A stretch of DNA of 57,027 nt from the sequence record DRR723986_6202; one strand, written 5' to 3'. Positions 40,439-49,363 of this stretch are shown in pieces (the first letter of the stretch is position 1; each line of letters starts with the position of its first letter). Below the pieces are notes generated by a model. The model did no database searches. It was not told the DNA's origin and saw only the letters and a program-made list of their open reading frames with translations. The position numbers and the translations under genes were made by a program.

Positions 40439-40719
40439 CTTTACTGAACACTTTCTTAAATTGATGCATTCTGCAACGAATACTGGGCCACAACACCGCC
40501 TCACAGCTTCAAAGACCGTGTTTTTGCTTATCTGAAACACCTGCAGACAAATTGGAGAACGGCGGCCTGAAGCAGAAAAATCCGTTCGCCGGCTAGCATT
40601 TGCCAACCAAGGTCAAATGGCGCACTTCAAAGTGATGACCCATAACGGTAGTTGAACACCAACAGGTCTTCGGCCAGGCGCGATTCGACCCGGCAGCCAA
40701 AGCCCATCAGGACAAGACC

Positions 40720-41226
40720 TCAACGAATGAGGTCGAACCAATAAGTAGAGGAATAGACCTGAAGACCGGCAATCGCGATTGCGATGCCATAGGGGATGCC
40801 GCTTTTGCTGTCATGCAGACGAGCGAACCATTCCTGGCGATAGAGCACGGACGGCACCACCGCATTCTGCCGTAAGGCCAAAAGCCCCAGCGTCAGGAAC
40901 ATGCCGTAGACAGCAACAAAGAGAACGAACATCAGCAGTTCTTGCGAAAAACCAATCCAGAGCGCGATGGCACTGATGAACTTGACATCGCCTCCGCCCA
41001 TCCATCCGAAGGCGAAGAACAGGAAACAGGGGGCAAAAACGACCGCAAAGGCGAGTGCATGCATTCCCCAGGCTTGCAACGGCAAGCCTGTCGCGACTGC
41101 CAGGATGGCAAACCCTGCGATCAGCAGCAGGGAAACCCGGTTCTGGATAGTCATTGTCAGCAGATCGGATGCGCCGCCAAAGGCGACCAGCATCGGAAAA
41201 ATGACAAGAATTGCGGCCTCTATCAT
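40720..41226 (-). CDS. cpaA: Prepilin peptidase CpaA/TadV (A24)
   Basis: SDLLTMTIQN, MGGGDVK, IPYGIAI; both catalytic Asp present. Confidence 0.92.
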   Translation of the reverse strand: MIEAAILVIFPMLVAFGGASDLLTMTIQNRVSLLLIAGFAILAVATGLPLQAWGMHALAFAVVFAPCFLFFAFGWMGGGDVKFISAIALWIGFSQELLMFVLFVAVYGMFLTLGLLALRQNAVVPSVLYRQEWFARLHDSKSGIPYGIAIAIAGLQVYSSTYWFDLIR

Positions 41227-41307
41227 TGGACCCTCAATCAAACTCAAACACAGAGCATTTCATTACCAGTAGAGAGTTAACACTTCGCAGCTAACTGACT
41301 AAAAACG

Positions 41308-41335
41308 AAAAAACGGGCAGTAAACTGCCCGTTTT
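41308..41335 (-). terminator. Terminator after the pilin gene
   Basis: AAAACGGGCAG-taaa-CTGCCCGTTTT, with T6 tail on the minus strand. Confidence 0.8.
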
Positions 41336-41379
41336 CTCATTCAGGTCATCAACCTGGCGAATTGCTTAAGCGCGTTAGA

Positions 41380-41559
41380 TTAGCTGCCAGCAGCAGAAGT
41401 CAGGCGCGTCTGAATGTTGGTGAACACCGCAGTCAACGAAGTACCGGTTGCAGCGAGTGCACCGATGATGACGATGGACAGCAGGCCAGCGATGAGGCCG
41501 TATTCGATTGCAGTTGCGCCAGATTCGTCTTTTACGAAACGGTTGATAAGAGATTTCAT
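41380..41559 (-). CDS. flp: Flp/PilA type IVc pilin
   Basis: MKSLINRFVKDESG|ATAIEYGLIA Flp motif; GGAG RBS; 59 aa. Confidence 0.95.
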   Translation of the reverse strand: MKSLINRFVKDESGATAIEYGLIAGLLSIVIIGALAATGTSLTAVFTNIQTRLTSAAGS

Positions 41560-41728
41560 GTCTTTTGCTCCAAGTACCACTGAATTGACAGCTTCAAGTC
41601 CGTCGGATCTTTTGTGTCCGATTGGACATAGGCTCACCCTAGGACAGAGAGCTTTCCAAGCAGTTAAATTTACCATCCCAACCAAAAAGAATGCTGGCAA
41701 TTATTACTATAGTTAACAAGACGTATAG

Positions 41729-41743
41729 ATAAAAATCCGTTAA
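41729..41743. promoter_or_regulatory. CtrA-like box in the AT-rich flp divergent region
   Basis: ATAA-AAATCCG-TTAA (minus strand TTAA-N7-TTAT). Confidence 0.45.
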
Positions 41744-42086
41744 TACGATCAAAAAACTTTAATATAAACGCGCATAATTCAATAAAATACAGAATTATAT
41801 ATATACTCACGCGATTTATCCAGTTTGTTTCTTAGATTTTATTTTGGGACTGATCGGCCTTATACGCTAATTCCCCGAACTTCTATTTTTCTTCCCGCCT
41901 CTGAAATTTTACCGAGGGAGAAGAATATCCACGCATCCACGAATAAAGACAAAACAAACGTAGAATCGTTCCTGAAAAAGCAAAAGAACATCCATTTACA
42001 CTTCCTTCGCCGGGTCGTTAGCAGATCGTTCACCACGTTTGACGCATGATCTTCTATGGAAATGCACAATTGGAGTATCCATAGGC

Positions 42087-42548
42087 ATGTTTGCGCAGCT
42101 AATCAAATGGACAAGCCTTTTCGCCGTTGCCTTTGGCGCGACCGTTGCGGTCGCACAGGATGGTCCTGTGCTTGTTACGGTCGATCGCGCCAAGGTCTTT
42201 CGGATCGAGGACGGCGCCGCAGCGGTTATTGTCGGCAATCCCTTTATCGCGGATGTCGCGATGTTCGATCAGAACACCGTTGTCATTACCGGCAAGAGCT
42301 ACGGCACAACAAACCTCGTGATCCTGGATGGTGACAACAAGCCGATCGTCGACGAAGTCATCACGGTGAAGGCGTCGGATGATGACGTCGTCTCCGTATA
42401 CAGGAAGGCCTCGAGGGAATCGCTGTCCTGCAATCCGGCATGCGAACCGGTATTGCGACTCGGAGACTCGATTGAAGCCTTCAAGGAAACCGCAGATCAG
42501 GCAAGCGCACGCAACGATTTGGCGACTAAAGCAGCCGGCGGGCTGTAG
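42087..42548 (+). CDS. Pilus assembly protein with secretin N-terminal-like domain (CpaI-like)
   Basis: Signal peptide; VIVGNPFIAD...ITGKSYGTTNLVILD; SC.P.C. Confidence 0.85.
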   Translation: MFAQLIKWTSLFAVAFGATVAVAQDGPVLVTVDRAKVFRIEDGAAAVIVGNPFIADVAMFDQNTVVITGKSYGTTNLVILDGDNKPIVDEVITVKASDDDVVSVYRKASRESLSCNPACEPVLRLGDSIEAFKETADQASARNDLATKAAGGL

Positions 42549-42577
42549 TATCGCATTCCCAACGGAGTAATCACCGA

Positions 42578-43132
42578 ATGCGCTTGTTGAAACGGCTGGT
42601 CGTCTCGCGACGGAGAAGAGGTTTTACCTCGTTTGGCAAGGACAACAGCGGGGCGACAGCCGTCGAATTCGCAATGATTGCATTGCCATTCTTTACCGTT
42701 ATTTTCGGGATCATTGAAGTCGGACTGTCCCATTTCGCGAACCGAATGGTTGACAATGCTGTAATCACGGCTGCACGTGAAATCCGTACGGGTCAGGCCC
42801 ACGAAGGCGGATATGACTCAAATACGTTCAAGACGCGAATCTGCAGCAACCTGCCAGACTTTCTCTGTTCACTAGATCGTCTGGTAGTCGACGTCGACAA
42901 GGTAGAAAGCTTTGCCTTGGCCAAATCCGCCGGCGAAAGTCTGTACGACGAAGACGGCAACCTGAAGGAAGAGTCCAACTACGAAGACGCCGGTGCGGGC
43001 GAGATCGTCGTGGTCAACGTCATCTACAGGTGGCCGATGATCACGTCGCTTCTGTCGCTCAACCTCGCCGATCATGGCAGCGAACGCTATCTCACCTCTA
43101 CATTGGTGTTTCGAAATGAACCCTGGAGCTAA
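42578..43132 (+). CDS. tadE: TadE-family minor pilin
   Basis: DNSG|ATAVEFAMIALPF, AAREIRTGQ, FRNEP. Confidence 0.88.
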   Translation: MRLLKRLVVSRRRRGFTSFGKDNSGATAVEFAMIALPFFTVIFGIIEVGLSHFANRMVDNAVITAAREIRTGQAHEGGYDSNTFKTRICSNLPDFLCSLDRLVVDVDKVESFALAKSAGESLYDEDGNLKEESNYEDAGAGEIVVVNVIYRWPMITSLLSLNLADHGSERYLTSTLVFRNEPWS

Positions 43133-43133
43133 G

Positions 43134-43724
43134 ATGCGTCTTCATTTCAAAAAGGTCAGGCACCGGCTAGGCAGATTCAGAGCTTTCAGCGCTGACAAAC
43201 GGGCCATCTCCACCATCGAATTTGCTATGATCCTCCCGTTCTTGCTGGTGCTTTTGATCGGCATGGAGGAAGTCTCTGGCACCCTGAATCATGACCGTAA
43301 GGTCAGCCGTATTGCCAACTCGGTCGCCGATCTTGTGGCCCAGGCGCAAACCATTACCCCTGCCGACCTGAGCGCCATGATGGCTCTGGGTGGCAAGATC
43401 CTGGATCCTTATCCGGATACCAATCTGGAAACGATTGTCGCCAGTGTAACTTTCGACGATGACGGTGATCCTGCTGTCGACTGGAGCTACTCGTCCAAAG
43501 GTGGCAGCCCATGGGCGGAAGGGTCCACACCACCGATTGAACTACCAGAAACAGTGGCCGTCCCGAACTCCTCCATCGTCGTGACGCAGGCCAACCTGAA
43601 CTATGTGCCGACGTTCTCCGGCCTTTTTACCGAGTATTTTTCCCGGGCATCCTCGATCGACCTGAGCGACACCTATTATCTGCGCCCGCGATTGACCGAT
43701 ACCGTCAAGTGTCCGGCCTGCTGA
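43134..43724 (+). CDS. TadE/TadF-family minor pilin
   Basis: DKRA|ISTIEFAMILP, RKVSRIANSVADLVAQ, YLRPR; ATG 43134. Confidence 0.85.
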   Translation: MRLHFKKVRHRLGRFRAFSADKRAISTIEFAMILPFLLVLLIGMEEVSGTLNHDRKVSRIANSVADLVAQAQTITPADLSAMMALGGKILDPYPDTNLETIVASVTFDDDGDPAVDWSYSSKGGSPWAEGSTPPIELPETVAVPNSSIVVTQANLNYVPTFSGLFTEYFSRASSIDLSDTYYLRPRLTDTVKCPAC

Positions 43725-43874
43725 AGATAAACGCCCAAGGTCTTGGAAACGGGCATTGCAGCGCCAGAACGTGTCTGTTTCACGTTACCTGATCCCGTTT
43801 CAATCGGTCGGACACGCGCCTACGCTAACTCCCGTATTTGTAACGTCGCACATTCCGGCTAATCTGCTCCGGAA

Positions 43875-43893
43875 TGCTGCGTCGCAATATGCA
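43875..43893. promoter_or_regulatory. Candidate PhaR-type site upstream of MaoC-pta
   Basis: TGCTGCGTCGCAATATGCA containing TGC-N3-GCA. Confidence 0.35.
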
Positions 43894-43919
43894 CTTTTAA
43901 GTATGGGATTTTTGAACCG

Positions 43920-45332
43920 ATGGCGACAAACAAGACTTACGATCAGATCAAGGTCGGCGATACCGCAGAAATCGTCCGCGAATGCTCCTCCAACGACCTT
44001 CTGGTTTTCGCGCACGCTTCCGGCAATCACAATCCGATACATCTGCCCGACACGGACTGGACCGGCGATGGCCTGGTCGACAAACCGGTAGCACCGGCCA
44101 TGTGGGTCGGGGGGCTTGCCTCCGCGGTGCTCGGCAACATTCTTCCCGGACCCGGCACGATCTACAAGGCGCAGTCGTTCCGCTTCCTGGGTGGAGCTGC
44201 GGTCGGCGACAAACTGCATGTCAGGGTCACGGCAACCGAAAAACGTCCGGACAACATTGTCCTGTTCGACATGTCGGTAACACGGGGAGACGGTACCCGC
44301 CTCGTTGAAGGCGTTGCCGAAGTCGCCGCGCCGACAGAGCTTATCGAATTCGATTCCAGCGACATTCCCGCGATCCTGGTGCAGCGCCATCGGCACTTCA
44401 ACCGGATGATCGAACTGGCAAAGACCCTGCCCGCCTTGCCGACCGCGGTGGCTGCGCCAGACGATCCCAACTCGCTGGAAGGTGCCTTGATGGCCGCCCG
44501 CGAGGGGTTGATCATGCCGATTCTGATTGGCGCGAAGAGCCGGATTGAAGCTGCAGCCAAAGAACTTGAAGAAGATCTCGGCCCGTATGAGCTGATCGAT
44601 ATCGAAGATGAAATGGAAGCGGCCGGCCGTGCCGTTGCACTGGTCCATGAAGGCCGGGTCAAGGCCGTGATGAAGGGCCACCTTCACACCGACCATCTTC
44701 TGCACCACGTGGTCAAACGCGATGGCGGGCTCAGAACCAAGCGGCGTATCAGCCACGTCTTCGTGATGGACATCCCGGGTCGCAAAACCCCGGTCCTGAT
44801 TTCGGATGCTGCAATCAACATCACGCCCGACCTCAACACCAAGGTCGACATCACCCAGAATGCCATTGACGCCGCCCTGTCTCTCGGCCTGGAAATGCCG
44901 CGCGTCGGCGTCCTGTCCGCCATCGAAACCGTAAACCCTGCGATCCCGTCCAGTCTCGATGCGGCGGTTCTTTCCAAGATGGCCGAACGTGGCCAGATCA
45001 CCGGTGCGATCGTCGACGGTCCCCTGGCAATGGACAACGCGGTCGATGTGCAGGCAGCCCGGACCAAGGGCATCACCTCGCTGGTCGCCGGACATGCAGA
45101 GGTCCTGATCGTACCGAACCTGGAATCGGGCAACATGCTCGCGAAGGAATTGACCTTTATCGCCCACGCGGAAGCAGCCGGGCTGGTGATCGGAGCGAAG
45201 GTCCCCATCATGCTGACGAGCAGAGCCGACGACAGCCGGGCCCGCCTCGCCTCCTGTGCCCTCGCCCTGCTCTACATGCACTGGCAGGCAACCGGCAATC
45301 CGGCAGGTATCCTCGACCGGGACGGCGAGTGA
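43920..45332 (+). CDS. Bifunctional MaoC-type enoyl-CoA hydratase / phosphate acetyl(butyryl)transferase
   Basis: N-terminal hotdog fold (FAHASGNHNPIH, LPGPGTIY); PTA/PTB domain (MKGHLHT, DAAINI.P, DGPLAMDNA, GNMLAK, LTSRAD). Confidence 0.92.
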   Translation: MATNKTYDQIKVGDTAEIVRECSSNDLLVFAHASGNHNPIHLPDTDWTGDGLVDKPVAPAMWVGGLASAVLGNILPGPGTIYKAQSFRFLGGAAVGDKLHVRVTATEKRPDNIVLFDMSVTRGDGTRLVEGVAEVAAPTELIEFDSSDIPAILVQRHRHFNRMIELAKTLPALPTAVAAPDDPNSLEGALMAAREGLIMPILIGAKSRIEAAAKELEEDLGPYELIDIEDEMEAAGRAVALVHEGRVKAVMKGHLHTDHLLHHVVKRDGGLRTKRRISHVFVMDIPGRKTPVLISDAAINITPDLNTKVDITQNAIDAALSLGLEMPRVGVLSAIETVNPAIPSSLDAAVLSKMAERGQITGAIVDGPLAMDNAVDVQAARTKGITSLVAGHAEVLIVPNLESGNMLAKELTFIAHAEAAGLVIGAKVPIMLTSRADDSRARLASCALALLYMHWQATGNPAGILDRDGE

Positions 45333-46519
45333 CCATGGACCCGGTCATTCTTGTCCTTAATTCGGGCTCATCCTCGATCAAGTTCACTCTCTATTCGGGT
45401 GACACCGTTCAACTCAAGGGGCAGATTTCCGGACTGGGTGCCCAGCCGCATATCTCCCTTGCCTCAAGGGTTTCCGGCATCAGGGTGGACCGGCAGCTCT
45501 CGGCGGACGAAGGCAAAAGCCACGGGGCTTCGCTCGCAGCGCTCCTGCCGGTTCTGGAACAGGAACTTGGTGGACGCAGTGTCGATGCAGTAGGTCATCG
45601 GGTCGTCCACGGCGGTGTCACCCACACCGAACCGGTTCGCTTGACGGCTGAGATCCTTGAGGACCTAAAGGCGCTCGAACCACTTGCGCCCCTGCATCAG
45701 CCGCATAATCTGGCAGGGATCACTGCAGCCAAGGAAGCCTTTCCAGAGGCCATGCAGGTCGCCTGTTTCGATACCGCCTTCCATCGCAGCCACCCATGGG
45801 TCAACGATACCTTCGCCCTGCCCCGGCCTCTCTATGACGAAGGTGTACGCCGCTACGGCTTTCATGGCCTGTCCTACGAGTACATATGCTCCTATCTGAA
45901 GCAGGCTCATCCTGAAATCTATAAAGGCCGGTTAGTCGTCGCCCACCTCGGCAACGGCGCTTCCATGTGCGCTATTCGAGAAGGCCAGAGCATCGGGTCG
46001 ACGATGGGCTTCACCGCGCTTGACGGCTTGCCGATGGGCACGCGCTGCGGCCAGCTCGATCCGGGCGTGGTGCTGTATCTGCTGACGACAAAGGGCATGA
46101 GCCCCGATGCGGTCTCCGACCTGCTGTACAAGCAGTCCGGGCTCAAGGGGCTTTCCGGCATCAGCCAGGACATGCGCACCTTGACGCAGAGCGACGATCC
46201 GAAAGCCGCCGAAGCCATCGATTATTTCGTCTTCCGCATCCGGCGGGAACTCGGAGGTATGGCCGCCGTTCTGAGCGGTCTCGACACCGTGGTCTTTACC
46301 GGTGGGATAGGCGAGAACGCTGCCCTGGTCCGTGAGAAGGTCTGTGCCGGTCAGGAATGGCTCGGTCTTGAAATCGACCCGGTCAGGAACGACGCAGGAG
46401 CAGAGATAATCTCCACCGATACCTCCAGCATCAATGTACTGGTCATTCCAACCGACGAAGAGGCAATGATCCGGCGCCACACCGAAAGGCTTCTGGGCAG
46501 CGCCGCCGCTGGTGCCTGA
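45329..46519 (+). CDS. ackA: Acetate/propionate kinase
   Basis: LNSGSSSIK, GHRVVHGG, APLHQP, RRYGFHGLSY, HLGNGAS, GTRCG, FTGGIGEN, PTDEE. Confidence 0.95.
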   Translation: MTMDPVILVLNSGSSSIKFTLYSGDTVQLKGQISGLGAQPHISLASRVSGIRVDRQLSADEGKSHGASLAALLPVLEQELGGRSVDAVGHRVVHGGVTHTEPVRLTAEILEDLKALEPLAPLHQPHNLAGITAAKEAFPEAMQVACFDTAFHRSHPWVNDTFALPRPLYDEGVRRYGFHGLSYEYICSYLKQAHPEIYKGRLVVAHLGNGASMCAIREGQSIGSTMGFTALDGLPMGTRCGQLDPGVVLYLLTTKGMSPDAVSDLLYKQSGLKGLSGISQDMRTLTQSDDPKAAEAIDYFVFRIRRELGGMAAVLSGLDTVVFTGGIGENAALVREKVCAGQEWLGLEIDPVRNDAGAEIISTDTSSINVLVIPTDEEAMIRRHTERLLGSAAAGA

Positions 46520-46546
46520 CGATCGTTCAACCGCTGCAGGGTTTCT

Positions 46547-47491
46547 TCAGCGGCCTGCTGGATCCAGCAGCGTGGCGTAATCGTCCTCGTAAGTGCGCAG
46601 CACCGGCCGGTAGTCGGCATGCACCACAGGCTCGAAACCGCCCGGCAGGTCCGGTTCGATAGCCAGATAGGCGTCGGGCGCTTCCCGGCGCATGTCCATC
46701 AACCCGGCCCTGAGACGCCGTTTCAACGCGTCAGGTAAATCCTTGCGCACACTGTGAGCGGAATAGGGGATCGGCGGCGAGCGCCAGACGATTTCCAGAT
46801 CCTTGAAACCGCGCTCTCCCGAAACATAAAAATCATTGAGTGTTCCGGCCGTATAGCCATTCTTTGCCTCCCCCGCCAATGACGACCAGCCAAGGGTCGC
46901 ATCGACACGGCCTTCCAGAACGGCGCGGAGGCCCTCAACAGGGTCCTTCACCTCAACAAGAGCGCTGAAATGCGCGCGCGCGTCGACACCGTCAGCCGCC
47001 AGATTGGCGAGCGGAACACGATAACCGGTCACGGAGTGGGTACCACCGACAGCAAGGCGCTTCCCCTTGAGGTCTGCCAGGGTTCCCTGCTCTGCGCCGC
47101 GCTTCGCGATCAGAATGGCGTAAAAGCGCGCCGGAAAATCATCCGGAGCGGCGGTGACCAACGGCTCAACGCAACTGCAGAGCTGATGCACGGCAGCATA
47201 AGCGGATGGTGAAAGGCGAGCATAGTCGATCTTTCCGGAAGCAAGCGCCTCAACAGCATCGGCCATGGTATCCATCAGAAAGAGGTCAACCGGCAGGTCG
47301 GCAATTTCCTCTAGCGCGAGGCGGAAAGGCTCCACCCGGTCGCGGGCCCCTTCATCTGCCGCCACGACAACACCGAGGCGCAGCCGATCGGGCAGGGGTT
47401 CCGGATCCTGTGCACTGGCAGTGGCAGCGGTGAGAAAGACTGCCGCGAGAATGGGGGCCAGCCAGCGGAACAGGTGATTTACAAGTGCCAT
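46547..47491 (-). CDS. PhnD-like (phosphate/phosphite/phosphonate family) substrate-binding protein, orphan
   Basis: Signal peptide ending ASA; DLKGKRLA, SVTGYRVP, IVWRSPPIP, VRKDLP; ATG 47491. Confidence 0.82.
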   Translation of the reverse strand: MALVNHLFRWLAPILAAVFLTAATASAQDPEPLPDRLRLGVVVAADEGARDRVEPFRLALEEIADLPVDLFLMDTMADAVEALASGKIDYARLSPSAYAAVHQLCSCVEPLVTAAPDDFPARFYAILIAKRGAEQGTLADLKGKRLAVGGTHSVTGYRVPLANLAADGVDARAHFSALVEVKDPVEGLRAVLEGRVDATLGWSSLAGEAKNGYTAGTLNDFYVSGERGFKDLEIVWRSPPIPYSAHSVRKDLPDALKRRLRAGLMDMRREAPDAYLAIEPDLPGGFEPVVHADYRPVLRTYEDDYATLLDPAGR

Positions 47492-47575
47492 ATTGCCGAC
47501 ATAACCTTCTGATGAAACTTGCAAAATTTTATCTCGCCTTTTTAACAACTTCCGCCAGAAAACCGGATCGACCAC

Positions 47576-48196
47576 ATGAACGATGCTATCACGACCGTCG
47601 TCTTCGATATAGGGAATGTCCTGATCGAATGGAATCCCGAATATCTCTATCGCGAGCTCATTCCCGATGACGATGCACGCGAAGACTTCCTGTCGACGGT
47701 CTGCACAATGGAGTGGAACCTGCAGCAGGATCTTGGCCGGCCCTGGGCGGAAGCCGTTGATGTTCTGTCCCGCCAGCATCCGAACAAGGCCGAGCTTATT
47801 GCCGCCTACAGCGATCGTTGGCACGACATGGTGCCCGGCGAAATTCCCGGCACGCCTGACATGCTCGCAGAGCTCAAGGCCCAGGGGACGCCCCTTTATG
47901 CAATTACCAATTTTTCAGAAGACAAGTTTGTCCAGGCCCAGAAACGGTTTCCGTTTCTGAAGACCAGCTTCCGCGACATCGTCGTCTCCGGCGCTGAAAA
48001 GGAGATCAAGCCCGGCCTGCGCATCTACGAAATCCTGCTGGAGCGAAACGGACTGACCGCCGCGCAATGCCTCTTCATCGATGACAGCGAGCGCAATGTC
48101 GAGGCTGCCAGAGAAGCCGGCATGTCAGCCCATCACTTCAAGGGGGCTGAGGGTCTGCGCGCGGAACTGAAACAGCTTGGTCTGCTGAACGGGTAA
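47576..48196 (+). CDS. HAD-family phosphatase
   Basis: FDIGNVL, ITNF, KP..RIY, FIDD. Confidence 0.9.
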   Translation: MNDAITTVVFDIGNVLIEWNPEYLYRELIPDDDAREDFLSTVCTMEWNLQQDLGRPWAEAVDVLSRQHPNKAELIAAYSDRWHDMVPGEIPGTPDMLAELKAQGTPLYAITNFSEDKFVQAQKRFPFLKTSFRDIVVSGAEKEIKPGLRIYEILLERNGLTAAQCLFIDDSERNVEAAREAGMSAHHFKGAEGLRAELKQLGLLNG

Positions 48197-48280
48197 TTGC
48201 CGTGATGAAGCGACCAATATCGGGGAGGCGGCAAAGCCGTCTCTCAGGATCAGTCGCACTCAAGTCCCGGCGAAGAGGTC

Positions 48281-49309
48281 TTATCCCTCGAAGCCTTCAA
48301 GGACATTGACGCAATTGGTCCCCAGTGCGTCGACCGCATAGCCGCCTTCCATCAGGAAGATGGTCGGAACGCCGACCTTGGCGAGCCTCTGGCCAAGCCG
48401 GATGTAGTCTTCACTCTTGAACTTGAAGCCAGAGATCGGATCGTTCTCGTAGCAATCCATGCCAAGCGAGACGATCAACGCTTCTGGCTTGTACACCAGC
48501 AGCCAACGGCAGGCTTCCTCGAGTGCCGGTGTGTAGCTGTCCCAATCGGTGCCGAGCGGCAAAGGCCAGTTACGGGTGAACCCGGTACCGGCATGTTCAC
48601 CGGTCTCGTCGGCAAACCCGAGAAAATAGGGATATTCGTGTTTAGGGTCGGCATGGATCGACAGGAACAGGATGTCCGGCCGGTCATAGAACAGCGCCTG
48701 GGTGCCATTGCCATGGTGGTAGTCCACATCCAGGATTGCGATGCGATGCAGTCCGTAGTCCCGAAGATACTGCGCCGCGACAGCAGCGTTGTTGAAAAAG
48801 CAGTATCCACCGAAGAAATCATAGCCCGCGTGGTGTCCCGGTGGCCGGCAAAGCGCGAAAGCCGATTTCTCGCCATCGAGAAGCAGGCGGGCCGCAGTCA
48901 GGGCCGTGTCGGCGGACGCCCGCGCCGCCTTGTAGGTGTTTTCGCCGAGCGGCGTACCGGCATCCATCGAGTACCGTCCGAGCAGGCCGTCGATATGTTC
49001 GACCTGAACATCCTGACGCAGGCTGCGGATGGGCCAGACAAAGGGAAAGGCTTCGCGCGACCGCCCTGCGGCCGTCCATCTTTCCCAGAAGCTTTCCAGA
49101 AACGAAACGTATTCGGGAGCGTGGACCCGGTGCAGCGGACGGACGGGGAATTCCTCCGGCGCAACGATTTCACCGACATTGCGCTCCCGCACGGTCTTGA
49201 GCACGATTTCGGCGCGGCTCGGGATCTCGACAGCAGGCTTCAGTTCGCCGTCTGATATTTCCTGCGCCGGTGCATGCGCGAGCTGGGTGTTTGAAAAAAC
49301 CGTCTTCAC
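48281..49309 (-). CDS. Histone-deacetylase-family acetylpolyamine amidohydrolase
   Basis: RPPGHHA, GGYCFFNN, DVDYHHGNGTQ, EGGY; GTG 49309. Confidence 0.9.
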   Translation of the reverse strand: MKTVFSNTQLAHAPAQEISDGELKPAVEIPSRAEIVLKTVRERNVGEIVAPEEFPVRPLHRVHAPEYVSFLESFWERWTAAGRSREAFPFVWPIRSLRQDVQVEHIDGLLGRYSMDAGTPLGENTYKAARASADTALTAARLLLDGEKSAFALCRPPGHHAGYDFFGGYCFFNNAAVAAQYLRDYGLHRIAILDVDYHHGNGTQALFYDRPDILFLSIHADPKHEYPYFLGFADETGEHAGTGFTRNWPLPLGTDWDSYTPALEEACRWLLVYKPEALIVSLGMDCYENDPISGFKFKSEDYIRLGQRLAKVGVPTIFLMEGGYAVDALGTNCVNVLEGFEG

Positions 49310-49363
49310 GAGTTGCCCCCAAGTCCCCTGTTGTCTCACACAGCAGCGCTAATGTAACCCATT

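Noticed and set aside
41700-42050. AT-rich stretch as a horizontally acquired island, or small ORFs 41825-42049 and 41860-42069
   Set aside because: It is short, lies between divergent pilus genes and has no mobility genes. The ORFs lack an RBS and typical codon usage.
43789-43803. FNR/FixK box upstream of MaoC-pta
   Set aside because: CTGATCCCGTTTCAA does not fit TTGAT-N4-ATCAA in spacing or sequence.
47492-47824. N-terminal extension of the PhnD-like ORF (similar extensions in the track for def, FadR, flp, MscS, araG)
   Set aside because: These overlap neighbouring genes or promoters; signal peptides, RBS positions and family N-termini favour the downstream starts.
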